Shown in pieces: positions 18,663-29,959 of a stretch of 64,000 nucleotides of DNA; position 1 is the first letter of the stretch; every line of letters starts with the position of its first letter. A program made the position numbers and the translations under genes. The stretch comes from an uncultured Clostridia bacterium (GTDB taxonomy: Bacteria > Bacillota > Clostridia > Christensenellales > UBA1242), in the NCBI GenBank assembly GCA_934747765.1, contig CAKVGZ010000003.1:64225-128224 (forward strand), written 5' to 3'. The notes below the pieces were generated by a model that saw only the letters and a list, made by a program, of their open reading frames with translations, did no database searches and had not been told where the DNA came from.

Positions 18663-18935
18663 ATGAAAAACGAAAACAAAATAACAGAACAAAAAATGAG
18701 GAACAACGATTTGATTCTCAAAGGACCTTGGAGAGTGTGTCCAGATTGCGGAAAGGCGCTTTTCCCAACTGCTGGAGATAAGGGCAAAGTTTATAAACAT
18801 GTTTTTGACCCAATTGGAACAACAAAAGATGGAACAGAAGTTTATAAATACAACTGTTTTTACAAAGAAGACGAAAACGAAAATGTCTTGGACAGCAATG
18901 AATTAAGACGCAAAAATGCTGAAATAAGCATGTAA
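18663..18935 (+). CDS. hypothetical protein with a possible CxxC zinc-binding half-site
   Basis: 90 aa containing CPDCG. No family recognised. Confidence 0.3.
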   Translation: MKNENKITEQKMRNNDLILKGPWRVCPDCGKALFPTAGDKGKVYKHVFDPIGTTKDGTEVYKYNCFYKEDENENVLDSNELRRKNAEISM

Positions 18936-18976
18936 CAAAAAAATAAAAAAATTTTTAAAAACTTGGCACAATTTAG

Positions 18977-19037
18977 TTGACAAGTTTTTTTTTAGTGTTA
19001 TAATGGTGCTAGCAGTCTAGGAAATGGAGTGCTAGCA
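18977..19037 (+). promoter_or_regulatory. hrcA-grpE-dnaK-dnaJ promoter (TTGACA-N16-TATAAT) with an overlapping CIRCE-like operator (TGCTAGCAGTC-N9-GAGTGCTAGCA)
   Basis: Inverted repeat with a 9-nt spacer resembling the CIRCE consensus TTAGCACTC-N9-GAGTGCTAA, placed directly 3' of the -10 hexamer. Confidence 0.6.
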
Positions 19038-19087
19038 ATATTTTAAGTTTAATTGCATATTATATTTTTGTTAAAAGGAGATGACGG

Positions 19088-20094
19088 TTGAAACTCAGTG
19101 AGCGAAAACATGAAATTCTGATTGCAACGGTTGAAGACTACATCAAACAAGCAAGCCCAATAACAAGCAGCAGTGTCAAAGAAAGACATCTGAAAAATTT
19201 GTCGAGTGCAACTTTGAGAGTTGAACTTAATGCCTTGGAAGCGATGGGTTTTTTGAAACAACTTCACACTTCAAGTGGACGCATTCCAACAAGCGAAGGG
19301 TACAGATATTATGTTGAATGGCTTTTGAAAGATTTCAAACTTGAACCTGCAAAAATTGAGCGAGTTGGAGAAATTTTGAGTGAAAGAACAAAATCCGTTT
19401 CTGAACTTGTTTCTGAACTTGCAAAAGTTATCAGCGAAACAACAAATTGTCCAACAGTGGTCATGATGAACAGTTTTAACAATTTGGTTATTGAAGAAAT
19501 AAAAATTGTTCCTCTTGTTGGCGAAAGTGCGTTGCTTTTGATAAAAACTCCAAGCGGGTTTGTGAACAGCACAATCAAAACAGTGGCGAATGTGAAATCG
19601 TGCGACGACGCAGGTCGATTGCTTTCCAAAAAATTTTATGGACAAACAATTGGGTATCTGGCAGAAAACATTTCACAGGTTGAAAAAGAAATCAACAAAG
19701 AAGTTGCCGATTACAAGCTTTTGGTTGGAAGTTTGCTTGACGGCTTGAAACAACTTTCAGAGAAACGAACTGTTGGAGTTAAGGGCAGTGTTAAACTTCT
19801 TGAGAGCAAAGAAGAAATTAATGTGGCAAAGAAAACTTATGAAATTCTTGAGGATGAAGAAAAATTGGAAACAATTTTGGAAACCAATGACGACGAACTT
19901 TCGTTTGGGTTCTCCGATGAAAATGACGAACTTGGAGGAGTTGCGGTTGTTAAAGCACCGCTTGTCATTTCCGGGAAACAAGTTGGCTCGATAGGCGTTC
20001 TTGGACCTGAAAGAATGGATTATATGCTGATTGCATCGGCAATTAAATTTTTGACAAATGAGCTTGAAAACATAGATATGTTGGAGGATAAGAA

Positions 20095-20098
<4 letters not shown>
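19088..20098 (+). CDS. hrcA: heat-inducible transcription repressor HrcA
   Basis: TTG start with AAAGGAG 7 nt upstream. N-terminal winged helix plus HrcA C-terminal domain. 336 aa. Confidence 0.85.
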
Positions 20099-22438
<2,340 letters not shown>

Positions 22439-22458
22439 AAATTTTCTTAAGGTGACAA

Positions 22459-23589
22459 ATGGCAAACAAAAACTATTATGAAACATTGGGAGTTGACAAA
22501 AACGCTAGCGCCGACGATATAAAGTCGGCGTATCGTCGTCTTGCAAAGAAATATCATCCTGATTTGAACAAAGACAACAAAGAAGCCGCAGAAAAATTCA
22601 AAGAAATCAACGAAGCTTATGAAGTTTTGGGCGATGAGAAAAAACGTTCCAACTACGACCAATTTGGCTCGGCAGAAGGTCAGCCAAACTTTGGAGATTT
22701 CTTTGGTGGGAATGGCGGATTTTCGTCAGGTGGATTTTCTGAAGGATTTGGCGGATTTGGTGACCTCTTTGGCGACCTTTTTGGAGCATTTGGCGGAAGA
22801 GGAAAAACCATTGAAAGAGGCGAAGATATTGAACTTCAAATGAACCTTTCGTTTGAAGAGGCAGTTTTTGGGGTTGAAAAAGATATCACAATTTCAAAAA
22901 TTGAAAAATGTTTGACTTGCAAGGGAACAGGTGCAAAAAATGGAACTCAGTTCACAACTTGTTCAACTTGCCATGGAACGGGACGTGTTCGCTACACTCA
23001 ACAAACACTTTTTGGAACAGCAATTCAAGATGGTCCTTGCAGAGCATGTAATGGAACAGGAAAAATTGTCAAAGAGAAATGTGATGAATGTGGTGGAAAG
23101 GGCTACAAGAAAGTTGTTAAAACAATCAAGATAAAAATCCCAGCCGGAATAAACGATGGGCAAACAATCACCATGCGTGGCGAAGGAAACGCACCTTTGA
23201 AAGAGGGTGTTTCGGGGGATTTAAGAATATATATCCGAGTTATGCCACACAAAGTTCTTGTGAGAAACGGCTTTGACCTTAATCTTGAATTGTATGTTCC
23301 ATACACTCTTGCGCTTCTTGGAGGGAAAGTTAAAATTCCAACATTAAATGGGGATTATAACCTTGAAATAAAACCTCTCACTCAAAGCGGAACAATCATG
23401 CGCCTCAAAGGAAAAGGTGTTAAGATTTTGAACAAAAGCTCCTATGGTGACCTTATTGTTACAGTTAAAATTGAACTTCCAAAATCACTCGACAAAAAAT
23501 CTTTGCAGTTGGTCCAAGAACTTGAAAAACTTGGAAGCGAAAAAACATATGCTAAATATAGCGCATATTTAGACAAAACAAAAAACTAG
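22459..23589 (+). CDS. dnaJ: co-chaperone DnaJ
   Basis: J-domain with HPD, a G/F-rich region and four CxxCxGxG zinc-finger repeats. Confidence 0.95.
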   Translation: MANKNYYETLGVDKNASADDIKSAYRRLAKKYHPDLNKDNKEAAEKFKEINEAYEVLGDEKKRSNYDQFGSAEGQPNFGDFFGGNGGFSSGGFSEGFGGFGDLFGDLFGAFGGRGKTIERGEDIELQMNLSFEEAVFGVEKDITISKIEKCLTCKGTGAKNGTQFTTCSTCHGTGRVRYTQQTLFGTAIQDGPCRACNGTGKIVKEKCDECGGKGYKKVVKTIKIKIPAGINDGQTITMRGEGNAPLKEGVSGDLRIYIRVMPHKVLVRNGFDLNLELYVPYTLALLGGKVKIPTLNGDYNLEIKPLTQSGTIMRLKGKGVKILNKSSYGDLIVTVKIELPKSLDKKSLQLVQELEKLGSEKTYAKYSAYLDKTKN

Positions 23590-23625
23590 GCAAGATATAA
23601 CAATTTGATGCTAGCAAAATCAAGC

Positions 23626-23666
23626 CAAAAACACTTTATTTAGGTAAATAAAGTGTTTTTTTAAAT
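23626..23666 (+). terminator. rho-independent terminator after dnaJ
   Basis: Hairpin AAACACTTTATTT/AAATAAAGTGTTT followed by TTTTTTT. Confidence 0.6.
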
Positions 23667-23783
23667 TGTTTCTTCTTTAATTATGTGCCTTTCCAAGGCA
23701 TAAAAGTAGCATAAAAAAGAGAACTAGATTTATTACTAATTCTCTTAATTATTGCACTAGCTATATGTTATTTCAATGGGGGA

Positions 23784-24566
23784 TTACTCTCTTTCTTGTT
23801 CTGGTTCTGGCTTTTGTTTTGGCGGATTAGGAAAGGCTCTCATTAAAGTTTCTGTTACTATTCCTTCATATGCCACAATAGTTTCATGTTTGTATTTTTG
23901 AGGATGGACTAACATATAGTTGTATAAATATATATTTTTAATATCTTGAGTATGAAGTGGCAAAATATAATTAAGTTTTTGAATTGTGTCATTTATATAA
24001 AGAGTATGTGTTTGCGCTTCATCTAGCTCCTCGGCAGAAAAATTATTTCCATAAGATTTGATAAGTGAAGCAACTGCAGTTGTGGAAGTTTTTCGTGCAA
24101 AATTTCCTATGGGATTATGAAGACTAAGATAATACATAAGTTCTTCCTGATACTGTTCAGACATTATGTATCCAGCAAGATAACGTTTAAATTCTGTGCT
24201 CAATTTAGTCCAGAAAATTGGATGAAATTTATTTTCAATTAGACAACGTTGACATGCCATTTCCACGTTAAGGAGCATCAAATTATCCAGCCCACTTCCT
24301 GATGTTATAGAGTCTAAACTTAAGATTGCTTTAGGACCCCTTGGCTGTGAAAATACCGTTCCGTTAGAAGGGGTAGACAAACGATTGAAAAGGTTATTAA
24401 AAAATTTAGATGATAGACCAATTCCAGCTTTTTTCGCAATCTTGTCAGCTTTTAAAATAACAAGATTTATACGTTGTTCAAGATTAAGATTTTGCCAAAC
24501 ATCTTTGGTAAAACCCAATTCGCAGTTCTCAGGTTTTGTATATTTTATATATTCTAAATGTTCCAT
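23784..24566 (-). CDS. hypothetical protein, paralog A of the adjacent gene (ENCELGF family). The HExxH site is replaced by VEMAC.
   Basis: 260 aa sharing ENCELGF, ILSLD and IHPE/QY blocks with the 24674-25630 product. A perfect-consensus promoter (TTGACA-N17-TATAAT) sits 6 nt before the ATG. Confidence 0.5.
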   Translation of the reverse strand: MEHLEYIKYTKPENCELGFTKDVWQNLNLEQRINLVILKADKIAKKAGIGLSSKFFNNLFNRLSTPSNGTVFSQPRGPKAILSLDSITSGSGLDNLMLLNVEMACQRCLIENKFHPIFWTKLSTEFKRYLAGYIMSEQYQEELMYYLSLHNPIGNFARKTSTTAVASLIKSYGNNFSAEELDEAQTHTLYINDTIQKLNYILPLHTQDIKNIYLYNYMLVHPQKYKHETIVAYEGIVTETLMRAFPNPPKQKPEPEQERE

Positions 24567-24673
24567 GGTTACATTATATATGCTTTTCGGAGAAATGTCA
24601 ATACCTTTTAAAAAATCTTCATCAACTCACATTTGACAATAAATCGTATGCTAGTCCACCATGTTAGTTTTTT

Positions 24674-25630
24674 TTAATTCATGTAACAATCATAATCGTT
24701 TTGTTGACTCAATGTGAAGAATTTTTTCAAACTTTCTGTGACTTTGTTTTCGCAACGGTTAATTTCTGTGAATCGGTACTGTTCTGGATGAATCAACATT
24801 TCGTTAAATATGTATATATCCTCAATTTGTTTGTTGTTAAGACTCAAGTGACCTACAACTTTATTTTCAAGATTCTTATTGTATGCAATTGACTGTTGAG
24901 CCATAAACAATTCGTCATTAGAAAAATAATTTCCATAAAAATTGAGAAAATTCTTGGCATTATCATCGGAATAATCTCTGGCACTTTGTTCGATAGGATT
25001 AAGATAATAAATGTCAAACATGATTTGTTTCTTCAGGTTTTCATCTTTAATGTGACTATCAAGATATGATTTAAAGTTTGAATCTAAATTATTCCAATAA
25101 TATGAAGGAATATATTGATTATAAATTTTGTCAATAACATGTTTCATTTCGTGGCAAAGAGTCATAAAATTTTCCACACCACTTCTTTTTTCAAGAGCAT
25201 CCAAACTCAAAATCATTTTGCAATCTTCTCGTGTTGTGAATGCCGTTCCGCGAACATCTTCAGACAAACTTTTGTTGAGGTCAGTGAAGAATCCGACCGT
25301 TGAAAGTTTGTCTTCAACATCAACAAATCTTGCCAGCTTTTTGGCGGTCATTAAAAGAAGTTTTCCGCGTTGTTCAATTTCAAGACTTTGCCAAATGTTT
25401 TCAACAAAACCCAATTCGCAGTTTTCCATCGTTAAAAAGTCCATTCTATGTTCGCTTTTTTGATAGTTTATTGGATTAATAATCAAAGGTCTAACTTTTG
25501 TGAAAACAAAGAAGTTTGATATTTCATTAAGTTGAGTCATGTTCGCCATTCTCAACATTTTAGTGAAATCGTTTTTTATATATCCTCTTTCTGCATCAAT
25601 GCAGTGATTTTGAAATACTTTAAGATACAT
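24674..25630 (-). CDS. hypothetical protein, paralog B (ENCELGF family), with an HExxH motif (LCHEMKH); possible zincin-like metallopeptidase
   Basis: The start is assigned to Met (MYLKVFQ), which lies 6 nt downstream of TTGACA-N17-TATAAT. The six-frame ORF extends to 25756 and would overlap the mtaB start. Confidence 0.45.
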   Translation of the reverse strand: MYLKVFQNHCIDAERGYIKNDFTKMLRMANMTQLNEISNFFVFTKVRPLIINPINYQKSEHRMDFLTMENCELGFVENIWQSLEIEQRGKLLLMTAKKLARFVDVEDKLSTVGFFTDLNKSLSEDVRGTAFTTREDCKMILSLDALEKRSGVENFMTLCHEMKHVIDKIYNQYIPSYYWNNLDSNFKSYLDSHIKDENLKKQIMFDIYYLNPIEQSARDYSDDNAKNFLNFYGNYFSNDELFMAQQSIAYNKNLENKVVGHLSLNNKQIEDIYIFNEMLIHPEQYRFTEINRCENKVTESLKKFFTLSQQNDYDCYMN

Positions 25631-25714
25631 GGTTAAATTATATATGTTTTTTTGGAAAATGTCAACATTGTTTAAAGATTTGACATTTTTAGACAAAAAG
25701 TTTAAACTGTTTTC

Positions 25715-26980
25715 ATGAAAATTGTAATTCACACTCTTGGTTGCAAAGTTAATCAATATGAAAGCGACTCAATTGCGCTTGGGCTGATGAACAAAGGTCA
25801 CCAAGTTTCGTCAAACCTTGAAAAAGCTGATGCATATATAATTAACACTTGCGCAGTAACAAATGAAGCAGAAAAGAAATCGCGACAAGTTTTGGCTAAG
25901 GTTCACAGGTTGAATCCAAATGCCAAAATTTATGTTTGTGGGTGTGCCAGTCAAAAAGATGCATCAAAGTTTTTGAAAAATAAAAATGTTATTTTTGTGA
26001 GCGGAGTTGCGAACAAACTGAAGCTTATTGACCAAATTGACAAAAAACGCAGGCAACAAAAAGTTGAAGTTGACCGTCTTCCAAAAGATTACAATGAAAC
26101 ATACATTTCAAAACCTTCAAAAACAAGGGCATACATAAAAATTCAAGATGGATGCAACAATTTTTGTTCCTATTGCATTATTCCTTATTTAAGAGGAAGA
26201 AGCAGGTCGAGAAATGTTGTTGAAATTTTGAATGAAATTGAAATTCTTCAAGAATCGGCAAAAGAAATTGTTCTAACGGGAATCGACATTTCGGACTATA
26301 AGATTGACGGCAAGCCAGCACTTGGCAAGTTGCTCAAAATGCTTGGTGATTACAACATAAGAATTCGTCTTGGGTCGCTTGAACAGGGAGTTATAACTGA
26401 CGAGTTTTTGCAAGTTGCAAGTGAAATGAAAAACCTTTGCCCGCATTTCCATCTATCACTTCAAAGTGGGAGCGACAGTATTTTGAAAATGATGAACAGG
26501 CACTACACAACTGAACAATTCTATCAAACTGTTGTTGCTCTTAGAAAAATATTTGTTAATCCTTCCATAACAACAGATATTATTGTTGGATTTCCAGGAG
26601 AAACAGACGAAGACTTTAAACAAACAATTGATTTTGTTAAAAAAGTTAAATTTTCGTCCATTCACGTTTTCCCATATTCAAAACGTGAAGGAACAGTTGC
26701 TTCGCGATTTAAAGATTTGGATGGAGAAACAAAAAATAAACGAGTTTTGATTTTGGAAAAAATTAAAGAAAAACTTCAAAAAGATTATCTAAAACTTTCA
26801 AGAAAAACTCCACATTCTGTTTTGATTGAACAAAAAGAAGGGAATTATTTTGTTGGGCACAGCGAAAATTATATAAAATGTTACATCAAAGCAAAGGATT
26901 TGGAGCTGAACTCTTTTGTTAATGTAAAAATTAAAAAACCATATATCGATGGCGCAATTGCCAAAATTTGTAAGAGGTAG
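25715..26980 (+). CDS. mtaB: threonylcarbamoyladenosine tRNA methylthiotransferase MtaB (MiaB-like radical SAM plus TRAM)
   Basis: MTTase N-domain (IHTLGCKVNQYES), radical SAM motif CNNFCSYC and a C-terminal TRAM-like domain. Length and lack of a MiaB-specific N-terminus favour MtaB. Confidence 0.75.
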   Translation: MKIVIHTLGCKVNQYESDSIALGLMNKGHQVSSNLEKADAYIINTCAVTNEAEKKSRQVLAKVHRLNPNAKIYVCGCASQKDASKFLKNKNVIFVSGVANKLKLIDQIDKKRRQQKVEVDRLPKDYNETYISKPSKTRAYIKIQDGCNNFCSYCIIPYLRGRSRSRNVVEILNEIEILQESAKEIVLTGIDISDYKIDGKPALGKLLKMLGDYNIRIRLGSLEQGVITDEFLQVASEMKNLCPHFHLSLQSGSDSILKMMNRHYTTEQFYQTVVALRKIFVNPSITTDIIVGFPGETDEDFKQTIDFVKKVKFSSIHVFPYSKREGTVASRFKDLDGETKNKRVLILEKIKEKLQKDYLKLSRKTPHSVLIEQKEGNYFVGHSENYIKCYIKAKDLELNSFVNVKIKKPYIDGAIAKICKR

Positions 26981-26986
26981 GAAACT

Positions 26987-27319
26987 ATGTGTGTATTTTG
27001 TAGTATAATTGAAGGAGAAATTCCTTCAGAAAAAGTGTATGAAGATGAAAGTTGCATAATAATTAAGGACATTGAGCCAATTGCTCCAATTCATCTTTTG
27101 ATGATTCCAAAAAAACATTATGCAAGACTTGAAGAAGCAACTGTCAGCCAAGCAATGGAACTTTCGTTCATGCTGAACAAATTAGGTCAAATAAAAGACG
27201 AGCTTGGTCTTCAAAATGGCTATAGAATTGTTATTAATCAAGGCAAAGATGGCGGTCAAACAGTTGAACATTTGCACATCCATATTTTGGGTGGCAGACC
27301 ACTCACATGGCAGGCATAA
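26987..27319 (+). CDS. hinT: HIT-family (histidine triad) nucleotide hydrolase
   Basis: Carries HLHIHILGG. Confidence 0.8.
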   Translation: MCVFCSIIEGEIPSEKVYEDESCIIIKDIEPIAPIHLLMIPKKHYARLEEATVSQAMELSFMLNKLGQIKDELGLQNGYRIVINQGKDGGQTVEHLHIHILGGRPLTWQA

Positions 27320-27381
27320 AATTGAGTGTTGACTTTTGGGGGTAAAAATAGTAGAATTAATGATAATTAAGGGAGTTTTAT

Positions 27382-28665
27382 ATGGCAAAAAAAAGATACT
27401 TGTATGCTCACAAAAAGTCATTAAAAAATTTACAAGAAGACGATTTTAACTATTTTTATTCCCCAAAATATGCAAAAATTATTGCAGAAAGATATGGAAT
27501 GAATAATAATGGCGTTGAAGATGCTTTTAAAATGTATTTTGATGCGTTAAAAGATTTTGGGCTTATAGAACATATAAACAAGCACATGTTCAGAAGGAAC
27601 GTGGAAAGTGTGTTTTTTCAAAAATATCGCACTTTTGGAGAGAATATGGCATGTGTTGGGGCTGCAACATCATTTGAAAATGAAATTTCAATTAGGAATT
27701 CTTTCAGAAAGGGTAATTTTTCAGATTTATTTCATGAATTTAATCATCTAATTTTGATGCAAGAAGAAAAACTTGCACATAACAAATTTGCTTTTTCAAC
27801 AGGTTTTAATGAAGAAATAGTTCAAGAAATTAGAAATGATGATAGTAAAAAAATAACGCAAGATGAAGATAGGATAATTTATCAAGAAATTAACAGATTT
27901 ATGGGATTTAATGAAGGCGTGACAGAATTGCTTGCAAATATGTTAGTTTCAAAAATTCAAAAAAAACCAGTTGTTTCAAAAGCCTATTTTGACGGTGTTG
28001 GTAATGTAAAAATGTTATATAACATAGTTGGACCAGCGCTGTTCAAGGCCTATGTTCAAGGAAATTTTGATGTCCTCGAAAGGTCCGGGGGGGGGATTAC
28101 AAGCGACCAGTTCAAGGCGCTTGCGGATTTGTTTGACCCGGAAGAAGAATTCGAAAATCCAGAAGATTATTTTGACAATGATTTTGAAATCAAGCTTGAA
28201 TTAATACAAATGTTGCAAACAAAGATAAAAAATGATGCAAAAAATGTTCATTTTGAAAGTTATGAAGAACTTGAAAAAGCAATTGGCAAGGCATACACAA
28301 TTTTTGCAGGTTCAGCAAGATTTTCAGACAAAAGAAACTCGGTTGAAACACTAAGAAACAAGCCAGATTTCTTAGACGAGTTAACGGAGAGTTTTGTTAA
28401 TACGGTTGTGGAAATTTCAGAAGACAAAGGAATAGAAGTTGAATTGGATGACGAAAGAATTGATTCATATTTCGAAACTTTCAAATTTTATAACGAAAAC
28501 GAATATTTCTTGGTGTATGCAAACGAACCATATTTAGATTTGGAAAAATTTAAAAATGAACAATGCATATATGCAACAAACTCTGGAAAAGCAGACTACA
28601 TAAGAAAGAAAGGAAAAATTGATTACGGAATAGACTACAACATTTTAGAGCAAGCAAATTTTTAG
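27382..28665 (+). CDS. hypothetical protein with HExxH (LFHEFNH) and a downstream FNEGVTE motif; possible metallopeptidase
   Basis: Own promoter (TTGACT-N17-TAGAAT) and RBS AAGGGAG. 427 aa. Confidence 0.35.
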   Translation: MAKKRYLYAHKKSLKNLQEDDFNYFYSPKYAKIIAERYGMNNNGVEDAFKMYFDALKDFGLIEHINKHMFRRNVESVFFQKYRTFGENMACVGAATSFENEISIRNSFRKGNFSDLFHEFNHLILMQEEKLAHNKFAFSTGFNEEIVQEIRNDDSKKITQDEDRIIYQEINRFMGFNEGVTELLANMLVSKIQKKPVVSKAYFDGVGNVKMLYNIVGPALFKAYVQGNFDVLERSGGGITSDQFKALADLFDPEEEFENPEDYFDNDFEIKLELIQMLQTKIKNDAKNVHFESYEELEKAIGKAYTIFAGSARFSDKRNSVETLRNKPDFLDELTESFVNTVVEISEDKGIEVELDDERIDSYFETFKFYNENEYFLVYANEPYLDLEKFKNEQCIYATNSGKADYIRKKGKIDYGIDYNILEQANF

Positions 28666-28674
28666 GAGGTAAAT

Positions 28675-29325
28675 ATGACTGTGATACCATACGACCCAAA
28701 AGATTGGTGGAGAATGAACATAAAATCAACTCCACATGCACCTGGTGGGGTGGTCCCATACAACGAAGAAGAATGGTATAACTCAAAGTTGAGAGTTCTT
28801 TACAAAAACGTTTTGAAAAGAATTGGCATCGATGAAAACAAATATTATGCGCCCTACACAATTGCCGAAAGATTGGGAATTATGTGTGTTGAGGGCGAAT
28901 GTGAAGAAGGAACAATTGGCTTCTACACTGTTCATTGTGACGAAGAAACGTCGGAATTGGAAAAGGTTGCAATTTTTCCAAAAGAAGTTTTTCATGACAT
29001 GAAAGAATTTAACAAAAGTTTGTCTTTCATGCTTGCGGTTGATTTTATTAACTTGGTTGAATTGAAGAACGATTTTGAAACTCAAAAAGCAGTTGAAAAG
29101 CTTTTCAAAAAGGCAAAAGAAGTTGCCAAAAAGATCGATCCAAACTTTGTTCTTTCTGATGAAAAGAAAAAAGAGCTTGAAAGCATATATATTTCTCAGC
29201 AAAGTGAAATGAGCGTCAATGTTCCTGTTGACTATGAAACTTTGCTTAACGAATATTCAAGTGTTTCAGCTTTGATTGATATAATCAACAAATATGGGCA
29301 AAAAGACGAACAAAAAATATTTTAA
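28675..29325 (+). CDS. hypothetical protein co-transcribed with the upstream HExxH protein
   Basis: The ATG lies 9 nt after the preceding stop, with RBS GGAGG. 216 aa. A terminator follows. Confidence 0.35.
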   Translation: MTVIPYDPKDWWRMNIKSTPHAPGGVVPYNEEEWYNSKLRVLYKNVLKRIGIDENKYYAPYTIAERLGIMCVEGECEEGTIGFYTVHCDEETSELEKVAIFPKEVFHDMKEFNKSLSFMLAVDFINLVELKNDFETQKAVEKLFKKAKEVAKKIDPNFVLSDEKKKELESIYISQQSEMSVNVPVDYETLLNEYSSVSALIDIINKYGQKDEQKIF

Positions 29326-29350
29326 AGACTGAATTTTCAGTCTTTTTTTG
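29325..29350 (+). terminator. rho-independent terminator
   Basis: Hairpin AAGACTGAA/TTCAGTCTT followed by TTTTTTT. Confidence 0.6.
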
Positions 29351-29392
29351 TCAAAACACGTTTTTATGCTTTAAAAATGTTGATTTTTTCAA

Positions 29393-29446
29393 AAATTGTG
29401 TTATAATCATCATGCTAGAACATTTTGGGAAGGTGAGCCGAGAGGC
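29393..29446 (+). promoter_or_regulatory. rimP-nusA-infB operon promoter (extended -10 TGTTATAAT) followed by a leader hairpin (GTGAGCC-GAGA-GGCTCAC plus TTTCTT)
   Basis: Read directly from the sequence. A candidate attenuator. Confidence 0.4.
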
Positions 29447-29490
29447 TCACTTTCTTAAAAATTGGAGCAAATTTAAAAGGAGAATTCAAA

Positions 29491-29940
29491 TTGGCTAAAG
29501 TTCTTGACATTGTTGAAGAAAAAATCAATCCCATAATCGAAAAACTTGGATATGAAGTTGTTGAAGTTGAATATGGGAAAAAGGTTGATGGAATGAATAT
29601 GACATTCTACATCGACAAAAAGGGAGGAATCACTCTTGACGATTGCGAGATTGTTCACAAAGCAATTGACGCACCGCTTGATGAAATAAATCCAACGGGT
29701 GATGAGAAATATATTTTGAATGTTAGTTCTTGCGGGCTTGACAGACCTCTGAAATCCGACAAAGATTTGGCAAGAAACATTGGCAACGAAGTTGACCTGA
29801 AACTCTACAAAGCAATTAACAAACAAAAAGAGTTCACTGGCAAACTTGAAGCGTTTGACGAAAACACGGTCACAATTTCGGGATTTGAACCTTTTGAAAA
29901 AAAAGCGATTGCTAACATCGTTTTACACTTGGAATTTTAG
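29491..29940 (+). CDS. rimP: ribosome maturation factor RimP
   Basis: TTG start with GGAGAA RBS. 149 aa. Positioned before nusA. Confidence 0.8.
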   Translation: MAKVLDIVEEKINPIIEKLGYEVVEVEYGKKVDGMNMTFYIDKKGGITLDDCEIVHKAIDAPLDEINPTGDEKYILNVSSCGLDRPLKSDKDLARNIGNEVDLKLYKAINKQKEFTGKLEAFDENTVTISGFEPFEKKAIANIVLHLEF

Positions 29941-29959
29941 AAAATAAGGAGAAAATAAA

